Below, one piece after another: positions 45,126 through 53,145 of a stretch of 64,000 nucleotides of DNA; position 1 is the stretch's first letter, and each line of letters starts with the position of its first letter. The notes under the pieces were generated by a model, which was not told where the DNA came from, searched no databases, and saw nothing but the letters and a program-made list of their open reading frames with translations. The stretch is from positions 230,035-294,034 of IMG/VR virus record IMGVR_UViG_3300044568_003163. One strand, written 5' to 3'. The position numbers and the translations under genes are program-made.

Positions 45126-46358
45126 TTAATCTTTGATCGTTCTCATCTTCTCTTCTTTCAAAGCTAAATAATCTTCAAATGTCATCATACCTTCGTTAGT
45201 AGTAGACTTTGGCATATCTATTTTCGTTTTGATTCTATCACTTAACGTTTTCAAATCATCGACCAACAATTGAGTCATTGTTCCAGTAGGTTTTCTTTTA
45301 GGTTTTGAAAACGATGAAACAATTATCTTAAATAGATTTTTATTAATAGTAGTTTTTGCTATAGATTCTCGAGTTTCTAAATTAGGAATGAAACCGGAGT
45401 TTAAATCAAATTTAGGTATTGTAGTAAATGAAAGTGCATCTAATTCAACGCCTTCAAATTTATACTCATTCTTTTTGATATAATCATTGTAAATTAGACA
45501 CATTAGCTTAACGAATTTTTCGTCAGGCATACCATCTTCTAATTTATATTTATTGATTCCGTTTATTTTAACAAATTCAACTATATCAGATAGGATTATT
45601 CCGTACATATCCTGAGGTTCTCTTTCCTCGTCGTTAGTACGAATTATTTGTTGAATTACAGGGTCAACGGCCTTTGCATACATTATATCTGAAGTAGAAT
45701 TTCCGATGAATTTAAAGATTATAGAATCTACCGGTTTCTCAATATCATCGTTTAAAGCAGTTTTCTTCAATGAAGGATTAACAATCGAAATAAAGTATTT
45801 AGTAAAAGATGTAGTTTGAAATTTAGCAAGTAAATTTTCTTCAGATGTTCTTAGGTAATCCGTTAATAGAGTTTTCTGTACATCGTCTAATTTACCATAC
45901 CAAAGCACTGGAGGTTTATCAACCATCAACAAATCAGCAATTCCATTTTGTACTACGATATCATCAATAACTTTAGTTTTATTTCCATCCATCTTAATAA
46001 TGTCAGTAAGTACTAAACCGTTAAGAGGTATTTTATCATATTTGATGTTAATAGGTTCAGTCGAATGAAAATATCTAAAGCCGTATCGATATCCTACTGG
46101 TATCTTTGAGAGTATTTCTGGAGAAAGATTTTGGATGTAATTTATAGGCTCTTCAAATATTTGATTAAGAGTTCTCTCGATAGCAGTTATCTTTCCATCT
46201 TTACGATAGAAGTCGATAGTACCATCGATATTTTTTTCGAAAGCGAACCTAGTTGCATTAAGCTTTTCGCTCACTATTACAAAGTTATCGAAAAGTTTAT
46301 GTACAAACTGAAGTCCTTCTTTACGAAATACCTCTCTTAATGTTTGAATCTCTGCCAT
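45126..46358 (-). CDS. Divergent ligase-fold nucleotidyltransferase (Rnl2-like), possibly degenerate
   Basis: Motif I-like SEKLNAT, motif IV-like DSIIFK and motif V-like YAK. Confidence 0.45.
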   Translation of the reverse strand: MAEIQTLREVFRKEGLQFVHKLFDNFVIVSEKLNATRFAFEKNIDGTIDFYRKDGKITAIERTLNQIFEEPINYIQNLSPEILSKIPVGYRYGFRYFHSTEPINIKYDKIPLNGLVLTDIIKMDGNKTKVIDDIVVQNGIADLLMVDKPPVLWYGKLDDVQKTLLTDYLRTSEENLLAKFQTTSFTKYFISIVNPSLKKTALNDDIEKPVDSIIFKFIGNSTSDIMYAKAVDPVIQQIIRTNDEEREPQDMYGIILSDIVEFVKINGINKYKLEDGMPDEKFVKLMCLIYNDYIKKNEYKFEGVELDALSFTTIPKFDLNSGFIPNLETRESIAKTTINKNLFKIIVSSFSKPKRKPTGTMTQLLVDDLKTLSDRIKTKIDMPKSTTNEGMMTFEDYLALKEEKMRTIKD

Positions 46359-46592
46359 TTATAGTATTTCTGAAGGTTCGGATTTAGTTTTAGGTTTTTG
46401 TCTATACGTCTTCATATCTTCTAAGAATTCTTCTAACTGCATATCATCAAGATGTGCAGCATCAGTAACTCCGTAAGATTGAAGTTTTTCTAAATAGACT
46501 TTTTTATATTCTGAAGCTTTTTTCTCTAAGTCTTTTTGGATTTTTTCTTCCTTTAGTGATTTAGAAAAGGCTTTAAATTTAAGTAATGCCAT
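46359..46592 (-). CDS. Small putative late protein
   Basis: 77 aa behind late motif 46613-46621; weak CTS-like start. Confidence 0.6.
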   Translation of the reverse strand: MALLKFKAFSKSLKEEKIQKDLEKKASEYKKVYLEKLQSYGVTDAAHLDDMQLEEFLEDMKTYRQKPKTKSEPSEIL

Positions 46593-46608
46593 TAGAGTTA
46601 GATACTTT

Positions 46609-48126
46609 TTAGTTATATATCTTTCCTACATCTACGGTCTTCACTTGAAAAGGGAACTTCTGATCGTCATAGATTTCTTGTCTAGCTAAACCGTGTTTGT
46701 ATAGGTAGTTGTTGTATCGACCAACTCTAAAATCATCAATAAAATCAATGATAAGAAGTTTCTTTTTGTCTTCGTGTTTTCTAAGTCCTCTACCAATAGA
46801 TTGACGAATGATAACTTCTGACTTGAAAGATTCCGTAAGATATATGGTATGGATATTTGTAACGTTAATACCAGTTGAGAATGTACCATAAGATGCAATC
46901 ATAATTTTACCTTCACCTTCTTCAAGACCTTCTTTGTGACTTGAACGAATGTCTTTATCGGTTCCACCATCAATATAGAATACTCGTCTTACGGTTTTTT
47001 GTCTTAGCATATCGTAGATTTTATTACCGTATTCAATTCTAAAGAAAAGCACAAGTGAATTTTTATGATTCTTTAAAATCATATCAGTGATAAATTGCAG
47101 TCTAGCATTTGATTGAATCGCATAATCTTGTTCAAGTTTAAGCAATTTCTTTCTATCTTCTTCGGATCTAGCATGTAAAATTTTAAAGCCTTCTTTTACT
47201 TCTTGAGGTGCATAATCCATTTCAATTGCATATACTTCACATGGAGTAATATGTCCCTTTTCAATTAAGAAATCTGCGCTAATAGAAGAAATAATAGGTC
47301 CGGTGTAAGCCATAATAGTCAATCTATCTAAAGTTCCTTCTTTAGGGATTGTACCAGAAAGACCAAATCTTCTATCTGCATTTTCACATTTTTCTAAAAT
47401 AGTTTTGATTGATTGTGATTTCGCCTTATGAGTTTCATCAACAATAACCGTATCAAATGAATCAAAATATTCTTTGTCTTTTTTAACTAAGGATTGGTAA
47501 GTACCTACAACGATATTAGCACCATCTCTAATAACAGAGCCTGCAAATATTTGTTGTATTTGTAGTTTCATGTTAACTGAATCTGTATTGTACTCATAAA
47601 AGTCTTCAGACGATTGAACCACTAAATCTACCGTAGGTACAATCATTAACACTTTATGGCTTTTTCTAGTTTCTAAAAGAAAAGAAATTACCATAAAAAT
47701 AATCAATGTCTTACCTGCTGATGTTGCTAATTCGGCTAAACAACTTTTATATTTAATGATTTGAAATGCAGTTTCTATTTGATAATCTCTAGGCTTTCTA
47801 GCAGAATTAGCAAATTTAAGATTTACCCATTCGGTAAAGTCCTGTTTGTTTATATCTGCATCAAATTTACGTTCAATTCCGTTGATACCTACTTCAAAAT
47901 TGTATTGCTTACCAACATTCACAACTTCGTTCCAAAGGCCTGAAGGCAAATATCTACCACCTTTGAAGTAGCTTATTTTACCATCCCACCATCCTTTTTT
48001 AACACGAGGATCCCATTTGGCATTAGCCGCTTCTCTAGTAAATGAAAGCTTTATTTGCTCCATTTCTATTTCTGAGGCTGACGTCAGAGTAAGTAGTTTG
48101 TCGTTATGTGTTAAATCCCATTGCAT
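46609..48126 (-). CDS. uvsW: SF2 DNA helicase (UvsW)
   Basis: PRDYQ, ATSAGKT, IVDETH, GLSGT, FSTGINV and QSIGRGLR. Confidence 0.95.
   Translation of the reverse strand: MQWDLTHNDKLLTLTSASEIEMEQIKLSFTREAANAKWDPRVKKGWWDGKISYFKGGRYLPSGLWNEVVNVGKQYNFEVGINGIERKFDADINKQDFTEWVNLKFANSARKPRDYQIETAFQIIKYKSCLAELATSAGKTLIIFMVISFLLETRKSHKVLMIVPTVDLVVQSSEDFYEYNTDSVNMKLQIQQIFAGSVIRDGANIVVGTYQSLVKKDKEYFDSFDTVIVDETHKAKSQSIKTILEKCENADRRFGLSGTIPKEGTLDRLTIMAYTGPIISSISADFLIEKGHITPCEVYAIEMDYAPQEVKEGFKILHARSEEDRKKLLKLEQDYAIQSNARLQFITDMILKNHKNSLVLFFRIEYGNKIYDMLRQKTVRRVFYIDGGTDKDIRSSHKEGLEEGEGKIMIASYGTFSTGINVTNIHTIYLTESFKSEVIIRQSIGRGLRKHEDKKKLLIIDFIDDFRVGRYNNYLYKHGLARQEIYDDQKFPFQVKTVDVGKIYN
46613..46621 (-). promoter_or_regulatory. 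Putative late promoter GATATATAA
   Basis: Overlaps the uvsW stop region, 20 nt upstream of 46592; heads the 41.5-46.6 kb cargo cluster. Confidence 0.6.
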
Positions 48127-48143
48127 AGGTTAAATTTTATTTT

Positions 48144-48590
48144 CTATGAGTTTCTATGATTCATTTCAGCTATTGAAACTACATTTTTTATAGAATATCC
48201 CATTCGATCTAACGTTTCAATACATTGTGTATAGAAAGTTAATTGATTCTCTAAAAGGTTAGTTTGTCTAATCCTTAAAGACATATCAGAATTTATAAAG
48301 TCGTTTATTTCTTTATAGTCTAATTTTATATTATGTGCTGTCTTATAGTACTCGTATCGGAGCTTCCTAAAGTTTGCATCATTTGATTTCTTGTTATATA
48401 TCGCAGATCGATATTTGGCTAATTTCTCAACCATCATATGCCTAAACGACAACATTAAGACCTGAGCTTCTGCAACTCGGTCTATTTTGTATATCATCTT
48501 AATGATTTCACTAATCTTTCTAGCGTATTCTCCTCTTTCAGTTTCTAATGCCGTTTCGAGATCAGATACCTTTTGTTCTTCGTCTGTCAT
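48144..48590 (-). CDS. uvsY: Probable recombination mediator (UvsY-like)
   Basis: 148 aa all-helical protein adjacent to uvsW as in T4-like phages. Confidence 0.55.
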   Translation of the reverse strand: MTDEEQKVSDLETALETERGEYARKISEIIKMIYKIDRVAEAQVLMLSFRHMMVEKLAKYRSAIYNKKSNDANFRKLRYEYYKTAHNIKLDYKEINDFINSDMSLRIRQTNLLENQLTFYTQCIETLDRMGYSIKNVVSIAEMNHRNS

Positions 48591-48865
48591 TAGAATAAGT
48601 CGTTAGAATTTTTTGATTTCTTTTTACGAAAGTTTATTACCTCCTTAGTCTTAGGTTTTTCTTTCTTTTTATATTTTATGCTGCCAATGTCAATTTGTTT
48701 TCCCTTGAATTCTACTTCTAGTTGATTAAAATCAACTATTAGTTTAAAGTTACCTTTACTGTCGGCAACTCGTTTATCGAATTTATCAAGTTCTTCTTCC
48801 ACTTTACACTGATCTAATATCCAACGGGTTTGCCGTAAAATATTCGTTGTATTTTCTTGCTGCAT
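48590..48865 (-). CDS. Hypothetical protein
   Basis: 91 aa; overlaps the primase end by 62 nt, so the start is uncertain. Confidence 0.5.
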   Translation of the reverse strand: MQQENTTNILRQTRWILDQCKVEEELDKFDKRVADSKGNFKLIVDFNQLEVEFKGKQIDIGSIKYKKKEKPKTKEVINFRKKKSKNSNDLF

Positions 48866-49886
48866 CGTTTTTCTGTAACCAGCTGTACTTTATTAAGTCG
48901 TTAAAATCTTTAACTTCTTTCATGTCGGCTAATCTAGGTTGAACTTTGAAGTCTCTTACTAGCTTATTCCACATAAAAACAGTTTTTCTTCTTTTTAGTT
49001 TTTCTTCCATTTTGCGACGACCTACATAGTCGTTGTCAAATAAATATCTAACTGTTGGAATTTCGTCGAACATATCGGTTGGTTTATCTAATCCGGAGAT
49101 AGACACAGAATTAGGACATAAAAGTGAATCGATAGGTCCTTCAAAAATCGTAACAGGTTTCATAAAATCTACAAGGGCAATATTGAAATAAATGCTAAGC
49201 GTATTCATTCGAATTGCTTCGTCATTTGGCATTTTTAATTCTCGGTCTAAAATCAATAAGTTGATTTTCTCTATATTGTAACTGACGTATTTCTCACGCT
49301 TTGGTTTGAAATTACGAATCTGCCAACCGAAAGTATGTTGTTTATCTGGTGTAAGATTGAAAATATAAAGTTGTTCTTCTTTTGGATCGTATAAAAAATA
49401 CTCTAGCTTATTATGCAGAAATCTACCTTTTAGATACCTTTCGATTTTGAAATTTTCTTTAGGCGATACTAAATTAAGTTTTTTCTTAATCACATCTAAC
49501 GGTATGGAATATTCCTTAAGATTTTCAAAAACACTAAGTTCCATGTAATCTTTTGTAGGTGTGATTACTTGGTTTTCTCGAATATAATCGAGATAGAACA
49601 TTAAGTCGTCTTTATTGGTAACTGATTGGTCAAAGTCTCTAAGAAATTCTACGACATTAGCATGTCGCTTTTGACAGCCACCATTATAACAATGAAATGA
49701 TAGAGACTTCCAATAGATATTTCCACGCTTTTTGTGTATATCTGAACCATCACCACAATAAGGACATGCAAAATTAATTCGATCTCTATTTATTTTAATA
49801 GAAGATTTAGGACCCGAGAAATTACTAAGAAGTATTTTCTGAACTTTTGCCGTTATTTCGTCTTGTTTTTGTTTTGTTAATTCCAT
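48804..49886 (-). CDS. gp61: DNA primase (gp61-like)
   Basis: Zn finger CPYCGD...HCYNGGC; TOPRIM FEGPIDS and LFDND; KDFND. Confidence 0.92.
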   Translation of the reverse strand: MELTKQKQDEITAKVQKILLSNFSGPKSSIKINRDRINFACPYCGDGSDIHKKRGNIYWKSLSFHCYNGGCQKRHANVVEFLRDFDQSVTNKDDLMFYLDYIRENQVITPTKDYMELSVFENLKEYSIPLDVIKKKLNLVSPKENFKIERYLKGRFLHNKLEYFLYDPKEEQLYIFNLTPDKQHTFGWQIRNFKPKREKYVSYNIEKINLLILDRELKMPNDEAIRMNTLSIYFNIALVDFMKPVTIFEGPIDSLLCPNSVSISGLDKPTDMFDEIPTVRYLFDNDYVGRRKMEEKLKRRKTVFMWNKLVRDFKVQPRLADMKEVKDFNDLIKYSWLQKNDAARKYNEYFTANPLDIRSV

Positions 49887-49897
49887 GAGTAGAGAGT

Positions 49898-49928
49898 AAA
49901 AAAGGCACTCATCGAAATGAATGCCTTT
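49898..49928 (-). terminator. Rho-independent terminator after the SSB gene
   Basis: AAAGGCATTCAT-TTCG-ATGAGTGCCTTT followed by a T-run; UUCG loop. Confidence 0.85.
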
Positions 49929-49948
49929 GAGTTATTAAAAAAGAAATC

Positions 49949-50881
49949 TTAGTTAATATCAAACTCTTTTAACCAATCTTCGATGTCGCCATCATTACCA
50001 GATACCGCATCAGAAGATACTTCAGCAAGGTTTTGAGTTTTAACAGGTGCAGATTGTGCAGGTGCAGATTGTTGTGAAGGAGCTGATGGTGAACTTACTG
50101 CAGCATATGCAGCACCTGGATTACCAGTTAATTCGCCTAAGAATTTATTAACTCTGTCTCTTTGTTCGTCTGACCATGGTTTAAAGTCAAATTCTTCAAG
50201 TGGTTGTAATCCTTCATAAAGAGAAAGAATTAAGTTACGAGATTCAGCATTATTTTCCATTTTAACTCCTTTAACAGAGATTGGAGAATTAGCTGTTGCG
50301 AATTTACATTCGTCATAATTCCAATAACCACCTTTAAGTGTAACTTTGATTGAGAAATCTTTACCATCGAAGAAATCGAAGATATTTGTTGGTGTTGTAC
50401 CCATTTCGATCTCAGTAGCATCCGGTTGGATTTGAGCGTCGATTAGCTTTTTAACAGCTTTTGGATATCTGAAAATTTGAATTGTTCCTTCTAATTCAGG
50501 ACGTTGTGGGTCTTTCACGATCTCAACATAAGAATAGTAGTACTCTTTACGCTTGATGTGTTCTGCTTGTTTTTTGTCAAATGCTGATTCAGATTTGAAC
50601 AATTTCCAGAATGTGTCTTGAATTACTGATTTTTCATTAACTGAAGAAGGACAGTCAACGTAGAATCCTTCACCTTCGTGCAATTCTAACCAATAGGAGA
50701 ATTTCTTAACGATAGATTTTTTAGGGTTCTTGATGTTTGGTACGAATCGTACGATTGCTCTGTAGATAGAGTCTTTAGATAGCTTAGGGTCAGTTTTAAA
50801 CTCTGAGCTCTTTGATGCGGTTTTTGCTTCTTCTTGGTATGCGTCGATGCCAATGTTGAAGATGTCGAAATTGTTTTCCAT
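49949..50881 (-). CDS. gp32: Single-stranded DNA-binding protein (gp32-like)
   Basis: AIVRFVP, IVKDPQRPELEG..QIF, NIFDFFDGKDF, YWNYDEC and acidic C-tail DIEDWLKEFDIN. Confidence 0.9.
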   Translation of the reverse strand: MENNFDIFNIGIDAYQEEAKTASKSSEFKTDPKLSKDSIYRAIVRFVPNIKNPKKSIVKKFSYWLELHEGEGFYVDCPSSVNEKSVIQDTFWKLFKSESAFDKKQAEHIKRKEYYYSYVEIVKDPQRPELEGTIQIFRYPKAVKKLIDAQIQPDATEIEMGTTPTNIFDFFDGKDFSIKVTLKGGYWNYDECKFATANSPISVKGVKMENNAESRNLILSLYEGLQPLEEFDFKPWSDEQRDRVNKFLGELTGNPGAAYAAVSSPSAPSQQSAPAQSAPVKTQNLAEVSSDAVSGNDGDIEDWLKEFDIN

Positions 50882-51030
50882 TTTACTTACGTTTTATTTA
50901 CTTTGTTTATTTAATATGACCTACTTATTAGATAGATTCAATCTACTTTCTTAACTTACTTCCGGACTAAAATTAATCAGTCGATTTTTACTTACTAGTT
51001 GTTAGGGTCTTTACTTACTTGTTATATGAG

Positions 51031-51039
51031 TTATATATC
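51031..51039 (-). promoter_or_regulatory. Putative late promoter directly followed by a CATATAA motif (51022-51028)
   Basis: Reads GATATATAACTCATATAAC, about 150 nt upstream of gp32. Confidence 0.55.
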
Positions 51040-51051
51040 CTCTTGGATTCA

Positions 51052-51402
51052 TTAAACATCACCAAAATGTGATATTTTTTCATTCAGCTCTTCTGTTGTA
51101 TGACCGCATCTAGCATTTTTCTTTTTGTTTTCTCGCGCTTTTAGCATTTGTAAATTGCATGGATGTGCTAAGAAAAAAGGATCCATTTTATCTTTGAATC
51201 CTTGTGATATTGAATAGATGTGGTCTAAATGATTAGCTTTCCAGCTTCTCTTTAAATTTTTAGGATTAATGATATTTTTAAAAAGATCGTAATTTCTTTC
51301 CGTTAAAGCTCGGACAAATATAAAATAATCTTCTTTGTTGTCTAATAGCTCTTGATAATTATTTCGATATGTTTCAAAATTTATTAAATTAGGATTTAGC
51401 AT
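51052..51402 (-). CDS. Small HNH-like endonuclease domain protein
   Basis: HLDHIYS...NLQML...ENKKK pattern. Confidence 0.65.
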   Translation of the reverse strand: MLNPNLINFETYRNNYQELLDNKEDYFIFVRALTERNYDLFKNIINPKNLKRSWKANHLDHIYSISQGFKDKMDPFFLAHPCNLQMLKARENKKKNARCGHTTEELNEKISHFGDV

Positions 51403-51715
51403 CTTTTATTTTTTCATATTTATAATCTTCTCGTCTAATCATTTTCCAAAATCGAGTACCATAAGTTTTCATCTTTTCTCTGGAAAATAAATTTTGAACT
51501 CCACTAGTTAATGAATCAAGCTTAGTCTTTTCATCACCAAAAATTCTAAATACTCTAGGTGGTACATCAAAATAACGATAGACTGAACCATCCCAAAATT
51601 CAATTTCTAACTTTCTAGTTTCAGAATCATATTTGATGTTTTCTAAATGCGAAGAATCAACCGGCTTATTATACGCCGCTTCATTCAAGAAATCTTCGTA
51701 TTTCAAAAAGTTCAT
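51389..51715 (-). CDS. KTSC-domain protein with CTS-like N-terminus
   Basis: MNFLKYEDFLNE, then VDSSHLENIKYDSETRKLEIEFWDGSVYRYFDVP. Confidence 0.8.
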   Translation of the reverse strand: MNFLKYEDFLNEAAYNKPVDSSHLENIKYDSETRKLEIEFWDGSVYRYFDVPPRVFRIFGDEKTKLDSLTSGVQNLFSREKMKTYGTRFWKMIRREDYKYEKIKDAKS

Positions 51716-52042
51716 TTATGTAGTTCTATTTTTCTCGATCCAAGCTTTATAAACTTTGATTGCATCTCGCATACCTTCAGTTTGGTGTTCATGTTTAGCT
51801 GCTCTATTCATCATTGTAGTAGCTATCGACATAGCCCATTGGTGTTCGCCTTTCTTTTCTAATCCATCTAATTGCTTACAACTAGATTCGGCCTTTTCTT
51901 TATCGGCATATCCAGTTCCCTTTAAGGCTCTTCTACCACCTTTGCTATATAAACCAATATCCGGTGGATTTTTGTTTTCTTCGTCTAATTCAAAAGTTTC
52001 GAATATTTCAACGAATTCTGCGTAATTTAAGAATGTTTTCAT
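51716..52042 (-). CDS. Putative internal head protein (CTS-like)
   Basis: Start moved to MKTFLNYAEFVE (52042), 3 nt after late motif 52046-52054. Confidence 0.65.
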   Translation of the reverse strand: MKTFLNYAEFVEIFETFELDEENKNPPDIGLYSKGGRRALKGTGYADKEKAESSCKQLDGLEKKGEHQWAMSIATTMMNRAAKHEHQTEGMRDAIKVYKAWIEKNRTT

Positions 52043-52045
52043 ATA

Positions 52046-52054
52046 GTATATATC
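52046..52054 (-). promoter_or_regulatory. Putative late promoter GATATATAC
   Basis: Reads GATATATACTATATG. Confidence 0.6.
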
Positions 52055-52175
52055 TTGAAAATAAGTTGATTTTATGAAACAGCACAAGACCTCGAGTCAT
52101 ATAATGATTACTTGTATTCAAGGAAATTGAAGAAGTTTATTCCGAGGTGGCCAAGGGAAACCCAAGGTTTGCTTA

Positions 52176-52781
52176 CTACAATGAAACCCAAGACAGAGCA
52201 ATAGCATCAGTAATATCATCAATAGGTTTTGGTAGAGTAAATTCCTCTGCTCGATCAAGTCCTAATTCTACAAGTCTTAATTTGAAAGGAGTGTCTTTTA
52301 CTTCCAAGAACTTACGTAACATATCACATTTTGAAGCGTTTCCATTTCCAGTGTATATTTTCTTTAGAGACTTTGGTGGCACTACATCAATACAATGTCC
52401 ATAAATTTGAATCAATTTAACTTTTAGGAAAGTATTGAATGATACTAAATCAATAAAGGAATTTCCCTTAGAACCAAAAGAAAAACCTTCAATTCTAATT
52501 TGTGGAGTTTCTGAGATATAAGGATTTATTGCTTCTATTATTTGATCTGATAGATTATCGGCATTTTGAAGTTTTATTCGTTGATCAGCTAACGCATCTT
52601 TAGTGTTACCTCCTTTTTCATAAGAAATAACACTAATCATATCAGATAAAGCTTTATGCATTTTAGATCCAGCAAGCTCAGAACGATAATTAGGAACAAA
52701 AGAAAAGATAGTAAGTTCACCATCTTTGTTTATTGCTACGGCAGTGGAGTTTATAGAGAAGTCAATTCCTATTGTAGTCAT
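52176..52781 (-). CDS. ruvC: RuvC-like Holliday junction resolvase
   Basis: IGIDFS, IEGFSFG, PPKSLKK...GNGNASK and DDITDA. Confidence 0.8.
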   Translation of the reverse strand: MTTIGIDFSINSTAVAINKDGELTIFSFVPNYRSELAGSKMHKALSDMISVISYEKGGNTKDALADQRIKLQNADNLSDQIIEAINPYISETPQIRIEGFSFGSKGNSFIDLVSFNTFLKVKLIQIYGHCIDVVPPKSLKKIYTGNGNASKCDMLRKFLEVKDTPFKLRLVELGLDRAEEFTLPKPIDDITDAIALSWVSL

Positions 52782-52782
52782 A

Positions 52783-53145
52783 TTATATTTTTTTGCCTAA
52801 AGCAGCACCTAAAGCAGCACCTACTAAACGACTAGTTAACATATCAAAAACTACACCTTTCTCTATTCCTAGAACATTAGCAATAATTTTTCCGATCGAT
52901 GAACCTAAAGCAAATCCTGTAAGTCCTCCTAGGATAGATCCTAAAAATCCTTCATTTGTAAGTTCTTCATTAAGGTCTTTAATAGTTTTAGTGTCCATAT
53001 ATTCTTCGCAAAAAGCTTTGATTGCGGCATCTACCTTAGCTTCTTCTTCTGTCGTAAGTTCGGATTTTAAATTTTCATTAAGTTCTAATAATTCAGCTTC
53101 GGTAAATCTACCTTCCGATAAAAGATGTTCTTTAAATGTTTTCAT
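52783..53145 (-). CDS. CTS-like protein with C-terminal glycine-zipper hydrophobic peptide
   Basis: MKTFKEHLLSE, acidic pro-region, then GFLGSILGGLTGFALGSSIG...GAALGAALG. Confidence 0.7.
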   Translation of the reverse strand: MKTFKEHLLSEGRFTEAELLELNENLKSELTTEEEAKVDAAIKAFCEEYMDTKTIKDLNEELTNEGFLGSILGGLTGFALGSSIGKIIANVLGIEKGVVFDMLTSRLVGAALGAALGKKI

